The notes below the pieces were generated by a model. It saw nothing but the letters and a program-made list of their open reading frames with translations. It ran no database searches and had not been told where the DNA came from. From a virus: a stretch of DNA of 64,000 nt. The translations under genes and the position numbers were made by a program. Positions 49,060 to 57,532 of the stretch are shown here, piece by piece. Position 1 is the stretch's first letter. The number at the start of each line of letters is the position of its first letter. The stretch is taken from the IMG/VR virus record IMGVR_UViG_3300032299_001203, positions 40,087 to 104,086 of that record; one strand, 5' to 3'.

Positions 49060-49090
49060 AGAGACCTCCTACCCGGAGGTCTCTTTTTTT
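49060..49090 (+). terminator. Rho-independent terminator after gp23
   Basis: AGAGACCTCC-taccc-GGAGGTCTCT 10-bp stem plus T-tract; small GTCAC/GTGAC hairpin just upstream (49036-49053). Confidence 0.9.
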
Positions 49091-49107
49091 ATGACCTAAA
49101 TAAACAC

Positions 49108-49644
49108 ATGAACGTACTAACTAGAACTCCCGAAAATACCAACCTATTACAACCGTCAAAGTATATAATGACCTTTGATCGGATAGGTTCAACACAATAC
49201 TTCTGCCAATCTGTAAACTTACCAGGGGTAAGTGTAGGACAAGCTCTAATCAACTTTCCATCGTTAGATGTATATGCACCTGGTAATAAGATTGCTTACA
49301 ACAATTTCAACATTGAATTTATTGTTGATGAAGAACTAAAGACATGGCAACACATGTATAACTGGTTTCTTTCTTTTGCTTCTCCTGAAGGCACGGATGA
49401 CCGAAATTTAAAAACCGAGTTACAGAATAATTTTAAACGACAGCAAAAGAAAGAATATTCTGATGCTACATTGACCATACTTTCCGCTTTAAATAACCCT
49501 ATTTTGCGGATAGAGTTTACCAATATGTTTCCTGTATCACTATCGGATGTTATATTCGATACCAAATTATCTGCGGATGATATAGTATCTGCTGACGTAT
49601 CCTTTGTGTATGAAAGTTTTAAATTTGTACCAATTACGGCTTGA
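49108..49644 (+). CDS. gp3: Tail tube terminator/completion protein gp3-like
   Basis: NLLQPSKY..YFCQSVNLPG; FIVDEEL..W...YNW; SDATLTIL; F.NMFPVSLS. Confidence 0.85.
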   Translation: MNVLTRTPENTNLLQPSKYIMTFDRIGSTQYFCQSVNLPGVSVGQALINFPSLDVYAPGNKIAYNNFNIEFIVDEELKTWQHMYNWFLSFASPEGTDDRNLKTELQNNFKRQQKKEYSDATLTILSALNNPILRIEFTNMFPVSLSDVIFDTKLSADDIVSADVSFVYESFKFVPITA

Positions 49645-49670
49645 CACGATAACATAGTTTGTGTTATGGT
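49641..49670 (+). promoter_or_regulatory. sigma70-type promoter for uvsY operon
   Basis: TTGACA-18 nt-TATGGT with extended -10 TG. Confidence 0.6.
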
Positions 49671-49701
49671 GTAGAATTATCGTTATATCATTGAATATAT
49701 T

Positions 49702-50136
49702 ATGGAAAATCTAGAACAAATATTAAAGTTGTGGGAAAAAGATACAGAAATTGACCAGACTGAACCTGGTAAAGAACTGTTGAAGATACCAAAATTACAC
49801 AATCAATATCTCTCCATACTCACCAAACATAAGATTGCCTCTAAGAAGGCACATTTTGATTATCTCCGTATGCGTAAAATAAAGATCGATTACTATTCTG
49901 GTCGTATGGACCAAGAAGAATTGGATGCGCATGGATGGTCACCCTTTGCGTTTGTTTTGAAATCTGATATCAACGCCTACTTAGAAGGTGATACGGATTT
50001 AATTAAAATGTTAGAGAAGAAAGTATACCATGAAGAATGTGTGTCGGTCATCGAATCTATTATGAATGAACTCAAACAAAGAACTTGGCAACTGAGAGAT
50101 TTCATCTCTTGGGAAAAATTTATTGGAGGTCAATAA
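49702..50136 (+). CDS. uvsY: Recombination mediator UvsY
   Basis: W.KD..ID..E...E..KIPKLH..YL; YYSG; LKSDI..YL..D; RTWQLR..I.W.KF..G. Confidence 0.9.
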   Translation: MENLEQILKLWEKDTEIDQTEPGKELLKIPKLHNQYLSILTKHKIASKKAHFDYLRMRKIKIDYYSGRMDQEELDAHGWSPFAFVLKSDINAYLEGDTDLIKMLEKKVYHEECVSVIESIMNELKQRTWQLRDFISWEKFIGGQ

Positions 50137-50774
50137 TGTCATTTCTCGTTGCCAACATACCACCAGTTCAATGTTTTGTTCGTAAAGAGTTTCTTTATAA
50201 CCATGAAAAAGGTCATGGTGAATTAGAACCTTGTGTATGGATAACTGCCAAGGCTATCAAAGGTCAGGCATTTCGTATTGAGTGTATGTTGACCGATTAT
50301 GGTGCTTTGTTTGATAAACTACCTATCTCTGCATATGTTTGGAAACCTGTAGAAGAATATCTGCCGTTAGATAATCTACAGATATGGGATTGTTTATCAT
50401 ACGACATGGCGGTAATTGAGAAATCAAATCTACGAGGACTTAAAGTAAAATACTTTGGCAAAGACCGAGCATTTCATTTTGGAAAATACCTTTTTACAAT
50501 TGACTTTGCGTCACCAGATTTTAATCGTATCGACACGAGTTTTTCAGAAGGTGTGCAAGAACACAAGTCGTATAACTTTATTCAATTGGATAATGGCCAG
50601 TTTGCCTGTCAGCCAAACAATCGTTGCCTATGGTATGATGTATCACTGGTACCTCCTGCAGTTAAAACTCCCGATTTCAAAATACCAACAGAAGTATATT
50701 CAGTAGAAAACATATCCAAGTGGAGTGTTGGTAATCCCGATTCATGGTTCTATAAGTTTGATGAGAAAGAATGA
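50136..50774 (+). CDS. Conserved hypothetical protein (212 aa; true start 50136)
   Basis: TAATG coupling to uvsY; MSFLVANIPP..FVRKEFLY..GHGE; GALFDKLPISA; LQIWDC; YLFTID; EHKS.N.I.LDNGQFA.QPNNR. Confidence 0.7.
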   Translation: MSFLVANIPPVQCFVRKEFLYNHEKGHGELEPCVWITAKAIKGQAFRIECMLTDYGALFDKLPISAYVWKPVEEYLPLDNLQIWDCLSYDMAVIEKSNLRGLKVKYFGKDRAFHFGKYLFTIDFASPDFNRIDTSFSEGVQEHKSYNFIQLDNGQFACQPNNRCLWYDVSLVPPAVKTPDFKIPTEVYSVENISKWSVGNPDSWFYKFDEKE

Positions 50775-52261
50775 GTGATATAGTTATATCCAAAAGAGAT
50801 GAAGTGTATGCCAAAATAACTTGTGAAAAACATATTTCAAAAGAGTTATCGGAGTTTTTTACATTCTTTGTTCCTGGTTATCAATTTGTTCCTGCATATC
50901 GTAATCGAGTTTGGGATGGAAAAATTCGTTTGTACAATTTACAAACAAGCCAAGTTTATCTTGGTCTTTTGCCGTACATTGAAGAATTTTGTAATGAAAG
51001 AGAATATAAATTTGATTATGGTGATCCAAGGCCTGATATTGAAGATGAATATTCGGCATACCATGCCAAAAAGTTTACAGATTCTTTAAATATTCATTCT
51101 CGTGGCGAATCAATTGAAGTACGAGAACATCAGTTGAATGCTTATATTCACGCCATGCAAAAACGCCGAGCGTTGTTAGTTTCACCAACTGCTTCTGGCA
51201 AATCTCTCATCATATATCTAATCTTTCGTCAATTACACCAATATCAAAATCTTAAAGGACTTATAATTGTTCCCACCACATCATTGGTTGAACAATTGTA
51301 TTCTGATTTTGGTGATTATAATGATGGTGAAATGACCGATGTACATCGAATTTACCAAGGTAAAGAAAAAGAAACGGACAAATCACTTACCATTTCAACA
51401 TGGCAATCTCTATACAAGATGCCAAAAGAATACTTTCACCAGTTTGATTATGTTATTGGTGACGAAGCACACCTTTTTAAAGCTCAATCATTAACAACTA
51501 TATTAACATCTTGTATTAATGCCAAATACCGTATTGGTCTTACTGGCACTTTAGATGGAACAAAAACGCATAAACTGGTATTAGAAGGTTTATTTGGCAC
51601 GGTTAAAAAAGTTATTAGTACAAAAGAATTAATTGATAAACAACAGCTCTCAAATTTTGAAATTAAATGTTTAGTTTTAAAACATACCGATGAAGAATGT
51701 TTGAAGGCAAAAGATTATACTTACCCCGAAGAAATTCAATATCTGATATCACACGAAATTAGAAACAAATTTATTAAAAATCTTGCAGTTAGCTTAGGTA
51801 AAAATACACTTGTATTATATCAAATGGTTGACAAACATGGTAAAATACTGTATGATATGATAAGAGAAACAGAGAAGATTGGCAATAGAAAAGTATTTTT
51901 TGTTCATGGTGGTACAGATACAACTGACCGTGAAGATATTAGAAAAATTATGGAGATAGAACAAGATGCTATTGTAGTTGCTTCTTTTGGCACTTTTAGT
52001 ACCGGTATCAATATTAGAAATTTGCATAATATTATATTTGCAATGCCAACTAAATCGTCTATTAGGACGTTACAAAGTATTGGTAGGGGTCTTAGGCAAA
52101 ATGAAGGCAAAGAAATAGCCACATTGTATGATGTATCAGATGACTTACGATATAAAAAACATATGAATTATACACTAAAACATTTCGTGGAAAGAACAAA
52201 GATATATAATGAGGAGAAGTTCCCATTCAAAATATACAAAATAGGACTAAAAAATGAATAA
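50771..52261 (+). CDS. uvsW: SF2 DNA helicase UvsW
   Basis: FFVPGYQFVP.YR..WDGKIRL; SPTASGKS; IGDEAH; GLTGT; STGINI.NLHN; QSIGRGLR. Confidence 0.96.
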   Translation: MSDIVISKRDEVYAKITCEKHISKELSEFFTFFVPGYQFVPAYRNRVWDGKIRLYNLQTSQVYLGLLPYIEEFCNEREYKFDYGDPRPDIEDEYSAYHAKKFTDSLNIHSRGESIEVREHQLNAYIHAMQKRRALLVSPTASGKSLIIYLIFRQLHQYQNLKGLIIVPTTSLVEQLYSDFGDYNDGEMTDVHRIYQGKEKETDKSLTISTWQSLYKMPKEYFHQFDYVIGDEAHLFKAQSLTTILTSCINAKYRIGLTGTLDGTKTHKLVLEGLFGTVKKVISTKELIDKQQLSNFEIKCLVLKHTDEECLKAKDYTYPEEIQYLISHEIRNKFIKNLAVSLGKNTLVLYQMVDKHGKILYDMIRETEKIGNRKVFFVHGGTDTTDREDIRKIMEIEQDAIVVASFGTFSTGINIRNLHNIIFAMPTKSSIRTLQSIGRGLRQNEGKEIATLYDVSDDLRYKKHMNYTLKHFVERTKIYNEEKFPFKIYKIGLKNE

Positions 52262-52634
52262 CGTCAAAATAGTCAGGTTAAAGAATGGTGAAGATATTGT
52301 TGGACAATTAACAGCCAACGGTATAAATGCATATGATGTTACTGAGCCTATGACTGTTGGATTAGAGTTTCAAGGTAAAGAACTTGGTCTTGTAATGAGG
52401 CATTGGTTACCAATACAATTAATTAAAAAAAATGAAATCAGTTTGGAAAAACAAGACATACTTTGTTTAATTGAACCTGCAGATGATTTCTGTGAATATT
52501 ACGTCAACACAATAAAGAAAATACAAGACTTATTGAAAGCTAAAAAAATGGTACAGAACATGTCTGACGAAGAAATAAACGATGCACTACAACAATTTGA
52601 AGATTTAAATCATGATGGAAATATATTACATTAA
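52254..52634 (+). CDS. Conserved hypothetical protein (Sm-like N-terminus) between uvsW and gp55
   Basis: KIVRLKNGEDIVG..P..W.P motif; usual position in T4-like phages. Confidence 0.65.
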   Translation: MNNVKIVRLKNGEDIVGQLTANGINAYDVTEPMTVGLEFQGKELGLVMRHWLPIQLIKKNEISLEKQDILCLIEPADDFCEYYVNTIKKIQDLLKAKKMVQNMSDEEINDALQQFEDLNHDGNILH

Positions 52635-52658
52635 TACTTTCAACCAAGGACATACTCG

Positions 52659-52687
52659 ACTATACACACTTGTCAAGCGATTGTCAA
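52659..52687 (-). promoter_or_regulatory. Antisense sigma70-type promoter upstream of gp55
   Basis: Minus strand TTGACA (52687-52682), 17 nt spacer, TATAGT (52664-52659); second TTGACA at 52676-52671. Confidence 0.6.
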
Positions 52688-52705
52688 CAACAATATGTGG
52701 TAAAT

Positions 52706-53245
52706 ATGGTTACTAAACAAAAACATTATATAAACAACGCTGATTTTTTGAAAGCACTTGTCGATTACAAAGAGGCATGTAAGAAAGCTAAAAAAGAAAA
52801 ACAAATAAAACCTGCCATACCAAATTATATCGGTGAGTGTTTTATGAAAATAGCGGAAGGCCTATCACATAAACCTAATTTTATTAACTATACCTATCGT
52901 GACGAAATGATGTCGGATGGTATAGAAAATTGTTTACAGTATTTTGACAACTTTGATCCGGCCAAGTCAAAGAACCCATTTGCCTATTTTACACAAATCA
53001 TTTATTTTGCTTTTTTACGGAGAATAGGTAAAGAAAAGAAACAAACATATGTTAAGTATAAAGCCACAGAACAAATGGGCATTTTGGATGAAATGGAAAT
53101 GATGGAGTTTGATGACGGCACCACCAAACAATTTGAATTGTACGATAATATAGCCGAATTTATAGATACTTATGAAAAAACAAAGAAGGCCAAAAAAGAA
53201 GCGGTAAAGAAATCAAAAGGTATTGAAAAATTTTTAGGAGAGTAG
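52706..53245 (+). CDS. gp55: Late-transcription sigma factor gp55 (start 52706)
   Basis: HYINNADFL.AL; IPNYIGECF.KIA.GLS.KPNF.NY.YRDEM.SDGIENC..Y..NFDP.KS.NPFAYFTQI.Y.AFLRRI.KEK. Confidence 0.96.
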   Translation: MVTKQKHYINNADFLKALVDYKEACKKAKKEKQIKPAIPNYIGECFMKIAEGLSHKPNFINYTYRDEMMSDGIENCLQYFDNFDPAKSKNPFAYFTQIIYFAFLRRIGKEKKQTYVKYKATEQMGILDEMEMMEFDDGTTKQFELYDNIAEFIDTYEKTKKAKKEAVKKSKGIEKFLGE

Positions 53246-53251
53246 TATAAT
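53223..53251 (+). promoter_or_regulatory. sigma70-type promoter overlapping gp55 3' end
   Basis: TTGAAA (53223-53228)-17 nt-TATAAT (53246-53251). Confidence 0.55.
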
Positions 53252-53423
53252 GTACAAAGTTACATATTATCCAGCACTGGATAAAAAAGATGTTTTACTG
53301 TTTAAATGGTTTAAAACTCATAGAGAGTCATTGGATTTTGCCAAAAAAATAAACAAAGATTGTTTATTTGAAATTAAATTCTATGACGAGAATGATCCTA
53401 ATGCTCCAACGGTGAACATATAA
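53250..53423 (+). CDS. Small hypothetical protein (57 aa; not in ORF track)
   Basis: MYKVTYYPALDKKDVLLFKWFKTHRESLDFAKKINKDCLFEIKFYDENDPNAPTVNI; AGGAG SD upstream. Confidence 0.65.
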   Translation: MYKVTYYPALDKKDVLLFKWFKTHRESLDFAKKINKDCLFEIKFYDENDPNAPTVNI

Positions 53424-53448
53424 TTTTAAAAAAAAATGTGAGTTAATT

Positions 53449-53625
53449 ATGTATTATAAAATTTCTTATTATAAAAAAGATAAAGATGCTTCACCTTTTG
53501 TTCAATTTCAAAAAGTTGAAACTATGGAAGAATCTATAGAGTTTGTAAAAACAATTTCAAAAGACCATGCCGTATTAGAAATAAAATGTTACTCAGATGA
53601 AGTAGCAAAACCTGATAGAACTTAA
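53449..53625 (+). CDS. Small hypothetical protein (58 aa; paralog of preceding ORF; not in ORF track)
   Basis: MYYKISYYKKDKDASPFVQFQKVETMEESIEFVKTISKDHAVLEIKCYSDEVAKPDRT; stop 2 nt before gp47 ATG. Confidence 0.65.
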   Translation: MYYKISYYKKDKDASPFVQFQKVETMEESIEFVKTISKDHAVLEIKCYSDEVAKPDRT

Positions 53626-53627
53626 TT

Positions 53628-54710
53628 ATGAAAGTAGCAATTATTACTGACCAGCACTTTGGTGCTAGGAACGATTCAATCCATTTCTTAGATTATTATG
53701 AACGGTTTTATCGTGATACCTTTTTTCCAACCCTTGAAGAACATGGTATTAATACTGTTCTTATTTTAGGTGATACCTTTGATCGTAGAAAATATGTAAA
53801 TTTCTACACACTCAAACGATCAAGAGAAATGTTTTTCGATAAACTGTATGCAAAAGGTATACAGGTACACATGTTGGCTGGTAACCATGATACCTATTTT
53901 AAAAATACCAATGAGGTCAATTCAGTTGATTTATTATTACAAGAATATAGTAATATCAACGTCATTTCATCTCCACAAACCATTCATTTAAAATATAGTG
54001 ATACCGGTTATGATATCTGTATGGTACCATGGATTTGTCCAGAAAATTACAATAACAGTTTGGCAGAAATACAAAACACCTCGGCAAGCATTTGTATGGG
54101 ACATTTTGAGATTGCCGGTTTTGCCATGTATCGTGGCATGCCAAGCCAGGAAGGATTAAGTCGAGAATTATTCAGACGCTTCGATTTTACTTTTAGCGGT
54201 CACTATCATCATAGAAGTTCAGCTGATGATATACATTATCTTGGAAACCCGTATGAACTTACTTGGCAAGATTATAATGACCCTAGAGGGTTTCATCTTT
54301 TTGATCTTGCTACACGCAGTCTTACTTTGATAAAAAATCCAAATGTGATGTTTCATAGAATTGTTTATGATGATAAAGTGGAATCAATTACGGATATTAC
54401 CAATAAAGATTTGAGTAAGTATACCAATACCTATGTCAAAGTGGTGGTAATTAACAAAACAAACCCCTATCTGTTCGATAAGTTTATGAACAGCCTATAC
54501 AATGTCAATCCAGTTGATATTACCATTGCCGAGGACTTTACGGACTTGACAGAAGGTGTAGAAGATGATATGATTGATCAAGCAGAAGATACTATTACAA
54601 TTATTAATAAATTTGTGGATGGTATTCAAGAAGAACATATTAATAATGAAAAGCTAAAAACAGTAATGCGTGAATTATATGTAGAGGCATTGAACCAAGA
54701 ACAGGCATGA
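53628..54710 (+). CDS. gp47: Recombination endonuclease subunit gp47 (Mre11/SbcD-like)
   Basis: ITDQHFG; LGDTFDRRK; GNHD; GHFE; SGHYH; YLGNPY. Confidence 0.96.
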   Translation: MKVAIITDQHFGARNDSIHFLDYYERFYRDTFFPTLEEHGINTVLILGDTFDRRKYVNFYTLKRSREMFFDKLYAKGIQVHMLAGNHDTYFKNTNEVNSVDLLLQEYSNINVISSPQTIHLKYSDTGYDICMVPWICPENYNNSLAEIQNTSASICMGHFEIAGFAMYRGMPSQEGLSRELFRRFDFTFSGHYHHRSSADDIHYLGNPYELTWQDYNDPRGFHLFDLATRSLTLIKNPNVMFHRIVYDDKVESITDITNKDLSKYTNTYVKVVVINKTNPYLFDKFMNSLYNVNPVDITIAEDFTDLTEGVEDDMIDQAEDTITIINKFVDGIQEEHINNEKLKTVMRELYVEALNQEQA

Positions 54711-56422
54711 TTAAATTTGAAAAAGTCCGTTGGAAGAATTTTCTTTCGACCGGAGCAATATTTACGGAAATTAATTTAACCAAATCACCGAACACACTCA
54801 TCATTGGTAACAATGGTGCCGGCAAATCTACAATATTAGATGCCTTATGTTTTGGTCTCTTTGGTAAACCATTTCGTAAAATTAATAAACCACAGTTACC
54901 AAACTCCATCAACCAATCCGATTGTGTGGTTGAGATTGAGTTTTCGATTGGCAAAAAACAATACAAAGTAATTCGTGGTATTAAACCAAATATATTTGAG
55001 GTTTATTGCAATGGTGTAATGGTTGACCAAGATGCCAAGGCCAAAGATTACCAAGAACACTTAGAAAAGTTTATTCTTAAATTAAATTATAAATCGTTCA
55101 CTCAAGTAGTAATTCTTGGTTCAGCATCGTTTGTTCCTTTCATGCAGTTATCTCCGTCTGACCGGCGAGCCATTATTGAGGACTTACTGGACATTCAAAT
55201 CTTTTCGTCTATGAATGGTGTGGTCAAAGAAAAAATGGCCGTCATTAAAGACACCTTTACCAAAAATAAGTATGAAATGGATTTAACATCCGAGAAAATT
55301 AACTTTCAGAAACAAAGTATTGAAGATCATAAGAGTCGTTCTGATGAAGAAATCACCAAGAAGCGTAAAGAGATTGCCGATTCGGTTGATCAAATCTTTA
55401 CACTAGAAAGAGATGTTGAATTAATTCAAAAACATATTGCCGTGTTACAGAGTAAGATTGCCGATCAAATGGCCATGCAAAAAAAGAGTGGCAAACTGAT
55501 TCATCTGGAATCCAAATTAGAATCTCGTTTAAAGAAGATTGAAAAAGAAGTAGGATTCTACCACGATAATAGTGATTGTCCCACTTGTAAACAAGGTATT
55601 GACCAAGAATTTAGAGAAGAACAGATTACCACATTAAATGAAACTAAGATTGAAGTTAATGGTGCATTAACGGATATAGCAAAACAAATTGCAGAAACAA
55701 GTAATAGAATTGATACAATACAAAAGATACTACAACACATACAGGCACACAGTAATGAGGTTGTAAAACACAATTCTACCATTACAGCCGTGAATAGTTT
55801 TATCAATAAACTACAAAATGAAATTAATGAGTTATCCAATCACAAAGATAACCTAGAAGAAGAAAATGCCAAATTAAAAGAACTTAAAACAGAACTTGTT
55901 GCATTGGTTGCCAAACAAGAAGGCCTTGCAACCGAAAAACAATATTATGAATTTGCTGGTAATTTATTAAAAGATACCGGCATTAAAACAAAGATTATTC
56001 GCCAATACTTACCTATTATGAATAAACTAATTAATAAGTATTTGACGGCCATGGATTTCTTTGTAAATTTTAACATCAATGAATCGTTTGAAGAAACAAT
56101 TAAATCTAGGCATCGTGATGAGTTCAGTTATGCTAACTTCTCAGAAGGCGAGAAAATGCGAATTGATTTGGCTCTGTTATTTACATGGCGTCAAATTGCC
56201 AAGTTAAAGAATAGCACCAATACCAATCTGTTGATTCTTGATGAGGTGTTTGATTCTTCTTTAGATGGTGTTGGTACTGAGGAATTTTTAAAGTTGATTC
56301 ATGAGATGGGTAATGATACCAACATTTTTGTTATATCCCATAAAGGTGACCAGTTGTTTGATAAATTCAGGTCAATTATTAAATTTGAAAAGAAAAATAA
56401 TTTTAGTCAGGTGGCAAAATGA
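54707..56422 (+). CDS. gp46: Recombination ATPase gp46 (Rad50/SbcC-like)
   Basis: WKNFLSTG; GNNGAGKST; zinc hook CPTC; FSEGEKMRIDLAL; LILDEVFD; ISHK. Confidence 0.97.
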   Translation: MIKFEKVRWKNFLSTGAIFTEINLTKSPNTLIIGNNGAGKSTILDALCFGLFGKPFRKINKPQLPNSINQSDCVVEIEFSIGKKQYKVIRGIKPNIFEVYCNGVMVDQDAKAKDYQEHLEKFILKLNYKSFTQVVILGSASFVPFMQLSPSDRRAIIEDLLDIQIFSSMNGVVKEKMAVIKDTFTKNKYEMDLTSEKINFQKQSIEDHKSRSDEEITKKRKEIADSVDQIFTLERDVELIQKHIAVLQSKIADQMAMQKKSGKLIHLESKLESRLKKIEKEVGFYHDNSDCPTCKQGIDQEFREEQITTLNETKIEVNGALTDIAKQIAETSNRIDTIQKILQHIQAHSNEVVKHNSTITAVNSFINKLQNEINELSNHKDNLEEENAKLKELKTELVALVAKQEGLATEKQYYEFAGNLLKDTGIKTKIIRQYLPIMNKLINKYLTAMDFFVNFNINESFEETIKSRHRDEFSYANFSEGEKMRIDLALLFTWRQIAKLKNSTNTNLLILDEVFDSSLDGVGTEEFLKLIHEMGNDTNIFVISHKGDQLFDKFRSIIKFEKKNNFSQVAK

Positions 56423-56967
56423 GTGTGTTGAGAGAATATACTAATGCAAAACATCGAGAAGCGGAATCTAAACCTTTCGTTCAATATCTTCTTGGTGGAA
56501 CAATTACAAAACCACATTACGTGATGTATCTACAACAGATGTTTCCTGTTTATGCTATCTTGGAATATTATGCGGAATTGGCTGGTTTAATTCAAGATTT
56601 ACCGGACATAAAAAGGTCCAATTATATTCTACAAGATTTGTCTGAATTACATTCTGGTTATCCAACCAACAAATACGAAAGCACACAAAAGTACCGTAAA
56701 CACATAGAAGAATTGTTTTACACACCTGAAAAAAGACACCTTTTGTTGGCACACATCTATGTTAGACACATGGGTGATTTATATGGTGGAAAGATTATTG
56801 CAAAAAGAGTACCCGGTTCTGGCAAAGCATATCAGTTTGAAGATAGACCCGCATTAATCAAAGCATTGGATGCTAAATTATCCACAGAGTTAGTTGAAGA
56901 AGCTTTACTCGGATTCGAATTGTCTATGGGAATATTTGATGAATTACAGGAGAAAATAAATGAGTGA
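56419..56967 (+). CDS. Heme oxygenase (HO1-type), auxiliary metabolic gene
   Basis: LREYT..KHREAE (proximal His), AHIYVRHMGDLYGG (distal helix GDLxGG), Y.FE. Confidence 0.85.
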   Translation: MSVLREYTNAKHREAESKPFVQYLLGGTITKPHYVMYLQQMFPVYAILEYYAELAGLIQDLPDIKRSNYILQDLSELHSGYPTNKYESTQKYRKHIEELFYTPEKRHLLLAHIYVRHMGDLYGGKIIAKRVPGSGKAYQFEDRPALIKALDAKLSTELVEEALLGFELSMGIFDELQEKINE

Positions 56968-57532
56968 TATAATCACATTCAACACAGAAGATGCAGTAAA
57001 AGTTTCTGAACCTAAAAAACAAATTAATACTTTTAAATTGGTGGCAGAAACAGATCCTATTTTAAATGAGGTAATGCCAGAATTTAATTTTAATAATCCA
57101 CCAGTTAATCCTAGTTTATTTGCATCCACTCTTGTTGAAACATGCAAACACAATCGTGGTTATGGATTGTCAGCAAACCAATGTGGTTTTAAGTATCGAG
57201 TATTTGTTATGGGTGTCGATGATGATTTTGTGGCATTTTTTAATCCAGAAATAATTAATTCTTCAAAAGAAGAAAGTCATATGATAGAAGGATGCCTTTC
57301 TTTTCCTTTACTAGGCTTAAGAATTAGCAGACCAGCTGAAATAGGAGTCCGATATCAAGATTTTAATGGAGAATGGAAAGGTGCCACTTTTTCTGGCATA
57401 TCTGCTCGTTGTTTTCAACATGAGCTTGACCACATGAATGGAATAGTTTATACTAGTAAAACTAAACCAATGGCATTGCAATCTGGAATGCAAAAACGAA
57501 ATAAATTAATGAAGAAATTGAAACTTAAATAA
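56960..57532 (+). CDS. def: Peptide deformylase
   Basis: Three PDF motifs: GYGLSANQCG, EGCLS, QHELDH. Confidence 0.95.
   Translation: MSDIITFNTEDAVKVSEPKKQINTFKLVAETDPILNEVMPEFNFNNPPVNPSLFASTLVETCKHNRGYGLSANQCGFKYRVFVMGVDDDFVAFFNPEIINSSKEESHMIEGCLSFPLLGLRISRPAEIGVRYQDFNGEWKGATFSGISARCFQHELDHMNGIVYTSKTKPMALQSGMQKRNKLMKKLKLK

Noticed and set aside
38604-56422. Inteins or group I introns in gp17, gp20, gp23, uvsW, gp46/47
   Set aside because: Proteins are of typical length and uninterrupted
56419-57532. Assigning the phage as a cyanophage from heme oxygenase, def and hsp20
   Set aside because: These genes also occur in non-cyanobacterial T4-like phages; no photosynthesis or bilin reductase genes in this window, so the host cannot be fixed
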